The translations under genes were made by a program, and so were the position numbers. 64,000 nt of DNA, from the NCBI GenBank assembly GCA_964016885.1, contig OZ024740.1, positions 117,614,001 through 117,678,000 of the forward strand, read 5' to 3'. The first letter of the stretch is position 1. Each line of letters starts with the position of its first letter. Below are positions 13,895 through 26,697 of this stretch, piece after piece. The notes beneath the pieces are model-generated. The model was not told where the DNA came from. It saw only the letters and a program-made list of their open reading frames with translations, and did not search any database. The stretch is from Eledone cirrhosa. Its lineage: Eukaryota.

Positions 13895-14256
13895 TAAATA
13901 AATAACATTCAACGAGGAGGCATTTAAGTTCGATTCTATCTCTCAACACGAAGGCTTATGTGGTTTTGTGTGAATCTATTCTAGAGAATCTGCTCTGTGT
14001 GCCAAGTATATTTATTCGAAACACTGACGTCTGATGTTATAGTAGTTCTATATATCACCCTATAAGGGAACATGATCCATTGAGTGAGTTATGAAAGATC
14101 TGAATTTACAAGTTAGTACTTGGATGGGGCCTAGGAGGTGACGCACTGGTCGGTTTTGTACTTGCGGTTGTGTTGCGAAATTTGCTTTCCAGGGAGCAAT
14201 AGTTAATTTTGAGATTGGACTAATTAAAAAGTGTATGAATTTTGTGTGATCTAGAA

Positions 14257-14426
14257 CAGTATTTCCCAGGGTTACGCAAAGGAGTGTCTGGGGTTCCGTG
14301 AAAAAAATGTAGAGGAGTATATTTATATTAAGACCATATAACAGTATTAGACTTTGAGGTACCCCAAAGTCTCTGCACCAAAAAGTGTTCCGCGTTTGAA
14401 CGTTTGAAAAAGTTTCTGAAAACCTG
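14257..14426. mobile_element. hAT MITE
   Basis: CAG...CTG termini flanked by an exact 8-bp TSD ATCTAGAA (14249-14256 and 14427-14434). Confidence 0.75.
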
Positions 14427-14443
14427 ATCTAGAAGAATTTATA

Positions 14444-14635
14444 TAATAATTCTTTCTATTTTTGGCACAAGGCCAGAAATTACCAGTGCATTACTGGTAC
14501 TTTATTTTATCGACCCCCCGTAAGGATGAAAGACAAAGTTAACCTCGGCAGGATTTGAACTCAGAATGGAAACGACCGTTACTCTATGAGTCAAAACATG
14601 GCGTCCGACCCTCTACTGATACTGCCAATCCACCG
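14444..14635 (-). mobile_element. tRNA-derived SINE
   Basis: Same A box, B box and core as 3049-3235. Confidence 0.9.
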
Positions 14636-15091
14636 ACATAAGGGTTCTATCTTGACTATTTTATTTACATTCAGATTTTATGTTGAATTGAAGCACGTTA
14701 TATTTCACTTTCTGAACTACAGAGTGGGTTGGGAGGGATGGTGGAAATATCTCTAACAGAAGATATGCAGTATTACTCTTACGCAAAAACATGCATGCAT
14801 ATGTATAAATTAATACATAAAAATGTAAATATAATTATCAATGCACGTGTATCTAATTAATTATTAAGCCCAAACCATTTATAATATAATTAACAAATTA
14901 ATGATTCATATACACATTTATATGTGTATGCCTATGTTTATGCATATGTGTGTATGTGTGATTGGGTAGTGGCCTACAGTAATTATATCTACAGATATAA
15001 TTTTAGGTAAGCCGAAAATCTTGGAAAGTAGTTAAAATACTATAATAAATCTGACAATCTAAAATATTGATGATTTTCAGATGTAATATAC

Positions 15092-15159
<68 letters not shown>

Positions 15160-15420
15160 AGGATGAATATAAAATGAAAGTGCTTTTGTTAAAAAAGGAA
15201 TTTATTAGGTATTGACATATGTTTCTGTAACAGACCGAATACCTATGTATCGCTGCTTGCGTAATCATATAATGTTAGCAAGTATTCGATAGCAAATGTA
15301 TAATCAGTTGTCACTTCTTCAGAGATTTTGGATAAACTGGATAAAATCAGAAAAATTGAAGTATTTATATTAGTAAAAGAGGAAGGAACAGAGGGGATAG
15401 AATATGACAGATGGTAAAAA

Positions 15421-15462
<42 letters not shown>

Positions 15463-15780
15463 GCACGCACACATATATACATACTATAATTAGGTTTTAT
15501 CTATACATATAAAATATATATTTATTATGTTATTCAACAAAGAAAGCTTAATGAACATTAAGCTCAGAGCATCAATTATACAAATTAAACCGATATACAT
15601 TTGTTTTTCATATATCAAGTTGAGAAACTGTTAGTATTACGTATATATATATTACATATATATATAAAACAAATAATAAATGTATTCACTTAAAGAAAGA
15701 TTCAAGCCAAAACCGCTTAAAGCGCTTTAGACAGTTTTGGGTTGATTCTTTCTTTAAGTGTGATACACATATGTATACAA

Positions 15781-15811
<31 letters not shown>

Positions 15812-15813
<2 letters not shown>

Positions 15814-15911
15814 GGGTGTCACTCAAAAATGTATACACACGTTGATTACCTGTTCAGGCAATATTCATTAGAATGCTGTGGAAGTGAGTATGTATACATT
15901 TTTGGGGGACA

Positions 15912-15914
<3 letters not shown>
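15812..15914. mobile_element. Tc1/mariner-type MITE (~100 bp)
   Basis: TIRs AGGGTGTCACTCAAAAATGTATACA and TGTATACATTTTTGGGGGACACTG, embedded in (TA)n. Confidence 0.75.
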
Positions 15915-15957
<43 letters not shown>

Positions 15958-16789
15958 ATGTGTATGTCGGTATGTGTGTGAGTGTGTGTGTATCTATGTA
16001 TGTACATGTGCATATGTTTCTGTATCTATATATGTGTAATTACATCCTAAATTTCTGAAATATTTTACATAGATTTACTGTTCCATTAATAGACTGTATT
16101 TGAAACTTCCTAACTAGCCGTGTTCTTTCTTGTTGTGTGAAGCTCAGATTCTCAGGATTCGTAATGACGCCATTAGTAACATATCCAAGAACCCTAATGA
16201 TCATAGATAAAAATCTAAAGGTATAGTCAGAGTGAATGTCTGCAGATTCTTCATTAATTCATCATAAATGTTCTCATTTTCATTAAAGCATTATATTGAC
16301 ATCTGCTGGGCAACTGATTTACACTATTGTGGATGTCCAGTTACGTTTGCATTTTATTGGGGGGTTTCTAGGACATTCCACCAGTACTCTTTCATATTAT
16401 ACATGCATATTTCTTCCATATAACCGTTTATATATTTATTCTCAGGGCTATCCTTTCTACGGATTGCATTGTATAGTGTTTTGGCCAATACATCTTTCGA
16501 CAGCTGCTTATGATGTGGGTGACATCTTCGTTGTTTATTCCGCAGAGTCTATATCTGTTGTCACATGTAGGTGTTTTGCCTGCATACATGTTTCTTTTGT
16601 GTATTAGGCCTTTCGTTATTATTTCCTGTTCTTGGATTGAGAAAGCATATTCTTCAAAATGAGAGAAAGTCTCTCACATCTTTGATCCAAGATAGACTGC
16701 TTTGCTTATCTATATGACTCTCAATTTGAAGCTATCTGTCAACATAGCCATGCGATTTTTTTCTGATAAGCATGCAGCTTTTACTCCTT

Positions 16790-17202
16790 GAATTCATTGC
16801 AGTATTGCTAGATTGGCTTGTGACTGCAAAATTCCAGGTGAATTGAGGTGCAATCTACGTGGTCGATTTCTTTTAACAAGAGCTGGATATGTCAACCATC
16901 TGAAATCACATGAGCCAGGGAGAAATCGAGTCGCCTGTGAGATTTTCCTATCAACACACAGTCCATGGTACATTTGCAATGAGTGTGGCTTAATTTGTAA
17001 GTCAACTGGTAGACTGACTAGACATGGTAGAATGTTTGAAGACATACTTCAGCCGGTATTGCCAGGAGACAGACGGTTCAAGTGTCACATCTGTGAATGT
17101 ACCTGCAAAACAAAAGCGTGTCTGAAAAGTCACCTGGATGCACATAATCGTGCAAAGTGCAATGAAGGGATGACACTCTTCTGACAATAAGTAGCTATCA
17201 GC
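16790..17202 (+). pseudogene. 3' end of an RTE-like LINE with 2-3 degenerate C2H2 zinc fingers and a (TATG)n tail
   Basis: ORF 16813-17184 contains YICNECGLICKSTGRLTRH and FKCHICECTCKTKACLKSHLDAH. The stop codon is followed within 20 nt by (TATG)n. Confidence 0.6.
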
Positions 17203-17257
17203 ATGTATGTATGTATGTATGTATGTATGTATGTATGTATGTATGTATGTATGTATG

Positions 17258-17864
17258 CCAGGTCACCAGTTGGTGCTACTGGTAACATGTATCCCAGTAC
17301 AACCTGTCTCATGGTCGGGTCGTTGGCGACTAAACTGGCAACCCCACCAAGGTTTCTTGGTGAGGAGGGTGACTTTGGACATCCTGCAGGACTAAAAACA
17401 AAACCTGTCAAAGGGCAAAGGAGCTCTTAAGAGTCAATGGCCATCCAAAATCACCGGGAGAGATGACCCCTTAGCCTTTGTCAAGGCAGAATTCTAGGAG
17501 AAGGAAAACTCTGATATAACACCTGCAAACCTGATGGTATCCAATGATGTTGACTTGTTCTTCTTTGTGGTAAATATCATCTTGGTTAAGAGAGTGTGAC
17601 TGGCTTTGTGCAGTGCCTTTGCTCACTATAAAAGCTTCACGGTACAGGCATTGCTTTATATCTGGAGATCTCTCTGCACTTGTCGTCACATGGTACCATG
17701 GGCCCAGCACTATGTGTCAATAATTGTCACAAGTGTAGTGTTTGTACCAGAGTTTTCAAGTCGCTGGCTGGACTAAAAAGTCACACTCGTTCAGCGCATC
17801 GGTAGGGGTTCTCCTACATGGATATAAAGTAGTGGCCGTACTCGAAAACGAGTTGGCAGCCACC
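17258..17864 (+). mobile_element. 607-bp non-coding RTE-derived element, copy 1
   Basis: Nearly identical to 20216-20822. It has the RTE 5'UTR-like motif CTAGGAGAAGGAAAACTCTGA and a 3' hairpin CTCGAAAACGAG followed by a (TATG)n tail. Confidence 0.8.
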
Positions 17865-17947
17865 ATGTATGTATGTATGTATGTATGTATGTATGTATGT
17901 ATGTATGTATGTATGTATGTATGTATGTATGTGTGTATTTATGTATG

Positions 17948-18340
17948 TCAAAGGGTGGAGGAAATCAGGAGAGTCAACGGCCATCCAATAAAGTTTTTTT
18001 TTGTGTGGAACGAGAGATTCCTAGTCTTCATAAAACATCGCTTTAGGAGGTCACTCTGATATAAAACCTGCGACTTCGTTTGCATCCAATGATGTAGACC
18101 AATTTTTCTTTTTGGGGGGCAAATGCATTCATTGTTCAGAGAGTAGGATTGGCCCCATGCAAAGCCTTTCCTCACTTAAAAAAGCTCCAAGCACTGGAAT
18201 CACTTGATATGTAATATTTTTTGCGATGCATGGTATTGCTGACCCTAGGCAAGTCCCTAGCAGGACTAAAACGCCACGTCTGTGATGCTCATACTTAAGT
18301 ATCAAGCTATGGCATTACTCGAAATCGAATTGCAACCATC
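17948..18340 (+). mobile_element. older, 5'-truncated relative of the 607-bp element
   Basis: Shares GTCAAAGGG...AGAGTCAACGGCCATCCAA, CTCTGATATAA, ATCCAATGATGT and a 3' ACTCGAAATCGA, followed by a TATG tail. Confidence 0.7.
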
Positions 18341-18743
18341 ATGTGTTTATGTATGTATGTAGGCGCATGTGTAAGTGTCTGCATGAACAAGGGTAACCAA
18401 CATAATCTCGTGGAATGACTAAATGTGGTTTATTTTTTCAACATAGTCCATGGACAGACACACTGCAATTATTAATAATAAGAGTTGAAATTAATGCATG
18501 TAAGATTTGCCAGGTCTAGCATCACTCCTTCATAGTCAGCCTATGAACTTTTCAGCCGACACTCGTAAATATGTACGCGCACACATACACACAAATGAAA
18601 TTTGCTATTGGTATTGTTATTGTTGCTGTTATGGTTGTGATAAAATATTGGTGTTTCTCTTATAGTCATTGCAAAATGCATATGTATATGTACACACACA
18701 CACACACATATATATATACACATGTGTAATATATATATATATA

Positions 18744-18824
<81 letters not shown>

Positions 18825-18858
18825 TATGTGTGTTTATTTATCCACTGTACTTTATGTA

Positions 18859-18927
<69 letters not shown>

Positions 18928-19532
18928 GTGTGTCTGTGTGTGTGTTTATTTATATATATATATTCATATATATATATTTATTTATTTTCATCAATTTTCA
19001 TTCAGTGCATGAATTTATGCGTGAAATGGTTTTTTCCTTCTTACTAAAAGTTTTCAAGCGGTAACATATGATATTAATTACTTAAACAGTAGTAGGGGTT
19101 CGGGTGAGCGGACTGCTATTTTAAGGTATGATGTTCTTATGGGATTGACAAGGTCTAGGGATGTTTTCTAATCCAGAATGTACCCTACATTTATTTGAAT
19201 AACAACGTGTACGCATGTATATCTGCGTGGTTGTTTGTTTGCGTGTGTATTGTGCTTTTGTGTGTATGCATGTGTGGAAACACTCAAAACAACAAACACG
19301 CGCACACATACTTGTACAAGTCATAAAAGCAGCAGCACTTACATACACACACACACAAACACATATATCTATATATCTATGTATATATATTTATCTATGT
19401 ATAAGAAACCATTATTTTATAAATTTATATGTATGATTATATATATATATATATATATAAATACGTAAATGTGTATGCATGTATATGCGTGTGTGTTTTG
19501 TGTATGTCCAAATATATATGAGAACACTGATA

Positions 19533-19574
<42 letters not shown>

Positions 19575-20136
19575 CACAGAAGTGTACATACACTCAGTAA
19601 TTGAAATGAGATGCAGTTAGACTTTGAAGTCAACAATTCAGCCGAGACTAGGACCCGAATACTTGCTAACTACGTCCTTTAGGGAAAAGTGCTAAAGAAA
19701 AACTTATTATTTCTCCCCCCCCCCTCTCTCTCTCTCTCTATGTATATATATATATATATCCCCACTCTCTCTCTCACTCTATATTTCTCTTCTTTGTTTG
19801 AGTAGTCATTTATTAAATGAGAAGTTATTACATGTTTCATCATAGGCATTTCTATCATACCTCGAGGTGAGTTTTCTTGTTTATCATCTTTATTTTGATT
19901 CAAGTTTATTTTAGTTTTTCCCTCAACACGGTAATGGATACTCCTATTAGTTAGTGAAAAGTTTAACGTTTTTCCTTCGGTCTGTAAACTAACCAGACCG
20001 GAGCTCATCCCGTCTTCTGGTGGCGTAAGGTGACAGAGAGTACTAGACTCCAACTTCGACGGTAGCTGAGTGGATTTGAGCCACTTCTAATGTTCCAAAC
20101 TCACACTCACGTACACCCTCGCACACAATCACACAC

Positions 20137-20167
<31 letters not shown>

Positions 20168-20215
20168 TGTATGTATGTATGTATGTATGTATGTATGTAT
20201 GTATATATGTATATG

Positions 20216-20822
20216 TCAGGTCACCAGTTGGTGCTACTGGTAACATGTATCCCAGTACAACCTGTCCCATGGTCGGGTCGTTGGCGACTAAACTGGCAAC
20301 CCCACAAAGGTTTCTTGGTGAGGAGGGTGACTTTGGACATCCTGCAGGACTAAAAACAAAACCTGTCAAAGGGCAAAGGAGCTCTTAAGAGTCAATGGCC
20401 ATCCAAAATCACCGGGAGAGATGACCCCTTAGCCTTTGTCAAGGCAGAATTCTAGGAGAAGGAAAACTCTGATATAACACCTGCAACCCTGATGGTATCC
20501 AATGATGTTGACTTGTTCTTCTTTTTGGTTAATATCATCTTGGTTAAGAGAGTGGGACTGGCTTTGTGCAGTGCCTTTGCTCACTATAAAAGCTTCACGG
20601 CACAGGCATTGCTTTATATCTGGAGATCTCTCTGCACTTGTCATCACATGGTACCATGGGCCCAGCACTATGTGTCAATAATTGTCACAAGTGTAGTGTT
20701 TGTACCAAAGTTTTCAAGTCGCTGGCTGGACTAAAAAGTCACACTTGTTCAGCGCATCGGTAGGGGTTCTCCTACATGGATATAAAGTAGTGGCCGTGCT
20801 CGAAAACGAGTTGGCAGCCACC
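20216..20822 (+). mobile_element. 607-bp non-coding RTE-derived element, copy 2
   Basis: Direct repeat of 17258-17864, flanked by (TATG)n on both sides. Confidence 0.8.
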
Positions 20823-21683
20823 ATGTATGTATGTATGTATGTATGTATGTATGTATGTATGTATGTATGTATGTATGTTTGTATGTATGTATGTATGTAT
20901 GTATGTATGTATGTATGTATGTATGTATGTTTGTATGTATGTATGTATGTATGTTTGTATGTATGTATGTATGTATGTATGTATGTATGTATGTATGTAT
21001 GTATGTTTGTGTTAAGACACTTTTCCTACTCCAGAATAAAATATAAAATAACCAGTAGAAACAAAACTGAACACTATATATAGCAATAAAAAGGAATTAA
21101 GCAACGAAGGAAAGTGGAAAGAGGAGGGAGCCACAGACCCTAAACCTCTGCAACCGAGTCTGAGACGTGTTTCATCTGAGCACCACCGAAAAATCGTTAA
21201 AACCATTGTAATGGTCTACCAACTAATTTCCTTGCTAACTTTTTCTTATATATAGATATTATGTTCACGTTAGGAACAGAAAGTGCTATCTAAAGGGTTT
21301 AAGGCCATATCAACAGATAGTCAGAGGGATCAAATTTGTGACCTAAAATTCAGCGCTTAGACAAATTTGAAGATACAGTTAAAAGTACTTTTAAAATTAA
21401 GTCACAAATTTGATCCCTCATACTATCTGGAGATATGGTCAATATTGCGCCTTAAAACCACGTATCAACATAAATAAATAATATAATATATCAGGTCTCA
21501 TGCCTGATTGAGCACGGCTTTCTTTTTTCCCTTTTTCCCACCTACGGATACTTTCTACATATACATACCTATATACATGTGTGTGTATGCATGCATGTAT
21601 GTGTGTATGTATGTATGTATGTATGTATGCATATGTAGACAATATCCGTAGGTGTGAAACAGGAAAAAAGAAATACATATATT

Positions 21684-21724
<41 letters not shown>

Positions 21725-22409
21725 ATTGGAGGACTGCGGGACTGTGTCAGGGTTATTTTTTCTGAAGACGTTATTAAAATAAGTTGGATTACTTTGAATA
21801 AATAATGAATGAATATTATGTAAATTATCTACTAAATTTCGTAGATCTTGATTAAGCATAAATATTTTTATACATAAAGTTTTGTTTATTTTAAGATTCA
21901 CTTCTTTCCGGTTAGCGTCTTTTATATCATAACACATATAGCCGTACGCTATACCACATCGCTTATATAAACGTTCATATATTTGCTTCATTATATAACG
22001 TTTATATTTCCGTCGCTAATTTTCTCCTTTTTCGTTTTCATAACATTTCGCTGTAATGCAGTTTATATATAATATCGGCTTTTTAAAATGTATCATGGAT
22101 TACTTTACTGATTACAGTAGAACATGTAACACAGTCTCTCTTTAATTTATGTGAATATTTCTGTGCCTATTCTCAATAACATTATTATTTGACGTATCAT
22201 ATCGACATGCATGTATATGTGTATGTAATATCAATAAGCACACTACACATGCTAGCAGAAAGCCATCCGAAGTGTGGTTTTTCTGCTAGTATATATAAAA
22301 CAAATTCGAGACTCCGACGGCCGAGCTCCTGCCATTTCAACAGCTAGATCCGAACTGTAGCCCAACCATCACTCAACTACCCCAAGTAGTCATGTGAATA
22401 AGTATAATA

Positions 22410-22785
22410 ACTTTCGCGCCAGTTCGCGTTACAAGTTTCTTATTATATTTGCTTTCAAAAAAGGGGGGCTCAGATTGTTTTTCCATATATGAGTTAAGTT
22501 TGGTTGGTTGATGCAGTCGCGCCAGTTTGTGTTTGAATTTCTTTTTACTTAAAAAAAAGTGACTCATGAAGGCTTTTTTTTTTATAAATGTAATTTGATT
22601 GGTTATAAATGAAATTATGACTGTCACGTGAACAAGTACATTAAATTTCGCGCCCGTATTTTGGAATTTATTTGTAGCCATTTAGAGAATTTTGTGCCAA
22701 ACGAAAGATAATGGTCAAGAAAAAAGGGATGGAGAGAGTTGTTCTGGTTAAGTGAATATGACTGATGTGCTGAAATGATTGGTTA
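22410..22785. promoter_or_regulatory. cluster of E2F-like, CCAAT and E-box motifs
   Basis: TTTCGCGCC at 22412 and 22646, GTCGCGCC at 22516, GATTGGTT at 22597 and 22777, CACGTG at 22625 and TGACTCA at 22560. Confidence 0.4.
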
Positions 22786-22941
22786 TATATATATATATAT
22801 TTCCATTCGGAGTCCCTAGGATTTCCAATCTTTTGTAAGGTGAAACCGTCGGTAAAAGCAAAAGGAATAGGTGAATATTTAAATTATATTTTTTAATTTA
22901 TTTAAAAAAGTTGTTTGAATCTTGGTTGCTCCGCTTATCTC

Positions 22942-22999
<58 letters not shown>

Positions 23000-23336
23000 T
23001 TCTTTGACAAATATATCAATATGCCCAGACATGTAGATATATTGCCCTTGGTATGGCAGTGTGATTTTAGCTCAATGTAGGATAACTAGTATACTACAGA
23101 GCCGTTATAGTTATAGGAATAACCAAAGAGTGCTTAGAAATACATTATTTTATTAGCTAAAAGTGTTTCATCCATACACCATGGCAGGAATCTTCAGAGC
23201 CTATAAACATGAGTATATCAGTAGCTGCATGCTCCACCGAGCTGCGTCACCAGAACAAGGGGGGTCCCGAGGCTAGCGCTATATGGAAAAAGACAGAATA
23301 CATGATGCACATAATGTCATAAGATGTCTTAAGCAT

Positions 23337-23498
23337 TTAAAAATTAAAAATTAAAAATTAAAAATTAAAAATTAAAAATTAAAAATTAAAAATTAAAAAT
23401 TAAAAATTAAAAGTTAAAAATTAAAAATTAAAAATTAAATATAAAAAATAAAAAATAAAAAATAAAAAATAAAAAATAAAAAATAAAAAATAAAAAAT

Positions 23499-23535
<37 letters not shown>

Positions 23536-23583
23536 AAATAAAAAATAAAAAATAAAAAATAAAAAATTAAAAATTAAAAATTA
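23337..23583. repeat. compound hexamer microsatellite (AAAATT)n/(AAAAAT)n
   Basis: Read directly from the sequence. Confidence 0.95.
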
Positions 23584-24432
23584 CACCAAAAATGTATCAC
23601 TTAGATGGTGCAATAGATGATAAAGAGATTGGGGGAGAGTAGCAAGGGATGAGTGAGGGTATTACTCAGCATGATCAGAAACAATCAGAAAATATAAGAA
23701 AATAACAAAAACAAATAATGAAAAGTACAAAAATACAGGGTTAAAAAAAAGAGATAAATACAAAAATACAAAACAATAAAGGAACAAAAAGCCCGGAACC
23801 CCCCCCCCCAATATATAAGATAAAGCAAAGCATAGTTGCATCAAAGCACAAGCAGTGCAAAAAGAGGGTGTAAAGGCAGATCAAGAGAGTTTGCAAGCAT
23901 GAGTCTGTGAAAAGAATTGTTGGTTAGCAGTAATGCAGCCTTACATGTATGATAGTCCATATGAGGGATGGTGTACTCCAATTATATCGCCTTGTAACAG
24001 GTCGATTCTCCTTATCATATCCGGACCCTACGAACCACATCGATATGTTCAAGTTCCGAACGCTAAGTGAGATATCACTATTTTTTCAAAACCTATACCC
24101 AGGGAATTTATCACCATAGGCGGTCTGGGATATACACCTAAAATCTACAATAAAAAAAAAGAACGAGTTAAAGAAATGTATGGCACATATACAGCCGGCA
24201 CAGATGTGTGGAAATGGAAAACATTCGGTCACTCAATCCAACGTGCCAGGTGAAATTCACTGTATGTCCAAGTTGGCGTTCAACCAATGTATCGCACCGC
24301 ATACTACTGTATCACAGCAAATACAAATCGTGATGGCAATCCCGTCACATACAGAGAAAAAGTGGTCATTTAACCTTGTTCTGGTGACGCAGCTCGATGG
24401 AGCATGCAACTACTGATATACTCATGTTTATA

Positions 24433-24479
24433 GGCTCTGAAGATTCCTACCATGGTGTATGGATGAAACACTGTTAGCT
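24433..24479 (+). ncRNA. type-I hammerhead ribozyme motif (mirror copy at 23155-23201, minus)
   Basis: GGCT-CTGAAGA-T.TCC...GGA.T-GAAAC-ACT-GTT-AGCT, followed by AATAAA. Confidence 0.7.
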
Positions 24480-24528
24480 AATAAAACAATGTATTTCTAA
24501 ACACTCTTTGGTTATTCCTATAACTATA

Positions 24529-24559
<31 letters not shown>

Positions 24560-25110
24560 CAGAATGCTCCATAATGGTCTAACGGATTTTACTGCTTCCA
24601 TTCTGATATATATATATATATCAGAATGCTCCATTCGCGACACCATGGGCTGTAAAACGTGAGTTTTCTTCTCTTAACACCTTGTGCGTTATTTTAGTTA
24701 TCTAATATACTTTTAGAAGTGTAGACCATATTGTCGTCCACATGTTGACAAGCCCTCTACAATATGGAATCTACACTTTTTGTGACGAAACATGTTATAG
24801 TTAGAGCATGTCCAAGTGTAATAGTTATTTACGGATGGTTACTACATTTTAATTTATACTTATAATTGATCTGTATTCTCTTTTCCTTTCGGAGACAATA
24901 TGTTCTTCACTCTGGCGGTTTTCCATCCCCTATGGTTAAACACATACTTCTTTGCGCAATTCTCTCTATATACTAATTTATAAAGAGCCCGGAACCTATT
25001 CCTTGAGCTCATTAAATTATAGGGGATTAACGTGGAACTTTAACTCCGTTTTTTTTTAATTTTATATATATATATATATATATATCAGTTAGTTCAATGA
25101 TAACTTAAAA

Positions 25111-25173
25111 TTCCGTTATATGTATTTCACTGAGGACTATCTGTTTAGATAGCCTTAGCTCTTCAGATGGCAA
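25111..25173 (-). ncRNA. type-I hammerhead ribozyme motif
   Basis: Minus strand: TTGCCAT-CTGAAGA-GCTAAGGCTATCT aaac AGATAGTCCTCAGT-GAAA-TACATA-TA-ACGGAA. Stem I is partly decayed. Confidence 0.65.
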
Positions 25174-25309
25174 AACCTGAAATAAACGTTGAAAGTTCCT
25201 AATAAACCTTTAAATTTGGAAAAATCCAATAATTTCCCCGAAAAAGATTTCCTTTTCATGATACAGGTGGCCGGCAGAACGAGTGGTGTTGTTTCTTCGA
25301 CGGCCATAC

Positions 25310-25436
<127 letters not shown>

Positions 25437-25677
25437 GTAGGAGGTGAGTTTTATTGTAGCACAATAATGCAATGCAAATATCGGATAAGTACCACTCTAC
25501 AGTTTGTAGGACTGGAGTATAAATAATATAAGATCAAAAGATGGTTAAAAGAGTTCCAAGTATTTTATTATGCGCATTTCAAAAACAAATATCATCATGG
25601 GATATCATCCCATGATGATATTTGTTTTTGAAATGCGCATAATAAAATACTTGGAACTCTTTTAACCATCTTTTGAT

Positions 25678-25684
<7 letters not shown>
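25437..25684. mobile_element. family-B insert with a ~78-bp perfect fold-back (25526-25684)
   Basis: The arms are exact reverse complements around ATC at 25604-25606, and the insert is flanked by (TA)n. Confidence 0.85.
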
Positions 25685-25712
<28 letters not shown>

Positions 25713-26697
25713 TATTTTCATTTAGTTAGTACGTTGTATTTCCTAATAACTATACAAGTAGGTAAAACTCTCAACCCGGGGCAATATATAGGATATTTCT
25801 AACGACATTGTTAACAATAGTATCATCACACTTATTTTGTCAAAGGAAAAAAAAAATTCGCATGAGCTATACAGAAACGACTGTCAACTATTATTTTGCT
25901 ACCGTTACTAGCAATAGAGAGACGCTGAATATGACCGAACTAGCTCGGAATAAATCCACATGGCAGATATATATGGCCAAGAAGAACGCCACGTTACCTA
26001 AACACCTTATCCAATAGCGAGCAAGGGGAAGCTCACGTATCTTTATATCCCTAAAATACACCAAGGCTTTTATAACGCCCCAGAAGAACTAATTGGAGGT
26101 AATCATATCAAATGTTTGAATCGGTACCTGCTACCACGGTCGGAGTAGGTTTTATGCGACTTCAGGCCTAGTATTTTGGAATTTCGGCATGCCATTGTTT
26201 CGGAACACGTGTAGGTCTAGTCCAATACATAGAACAAATAAAAAGCTTGTCTTTTAAACAATGGTTTATTTTTTTATATGAAAGACTCTTCTTGTCTTTT
26301 CATGTTTTGCAATAGGCTATTGGGGGATCAGAGGCAGGAGGTAACAAGAATAGGAGTAGCACTGAATAGAAATACTTGTTTGAAGACTGATGAGTGTTTT
26401 GAACGATATGCGGAAGATGAATGGAAAGATAAATATCAAATTGGGAAGACGAGCATCGGCTATATGGAACATGCAAGAGATAGGCTGCTAATGAGAACCA
26501 TGCTCAAAGTTTATAAACAGCTGTACCAGACATTTCAGGAGGATGTGGTGTTACTTTATCCACAAATAATGTTTTTAGAATCCACACGTTTGAATACTTT
26601 GTTATGAGATTAGTTTGGCTATATTTAGTGTTATTGTAACGTTTTACTCTTGTGAAGAGTATGATCAATGTGAGTTTATTATTTATTTATTTATTGA

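Larger units (their letters stand above)
23106..24528 (-). mobile_element. PLE 3' fragment (GIY-YIG remnant plus terminal repeat) with an inverted terminal-repeat copy
   Basis: 155-bp inverted repeat (23106-23260 / 24374-24528), each arm carrying an HHR. Minus strand near 24330-24270 reads FVFAVIQ*YAVRYIG*T. Confidence 0.7.

Noticed and set aside
20219-20360. HDV-like ribozyme at the 5' end of the 607-bp element
   Set aside because: P2-like (CCAGT/ACTGG), P4-like (GTCG/CGAC) and CTAA pieces exist, but I could not build consistent P1, P3 and P1.1 pairings.
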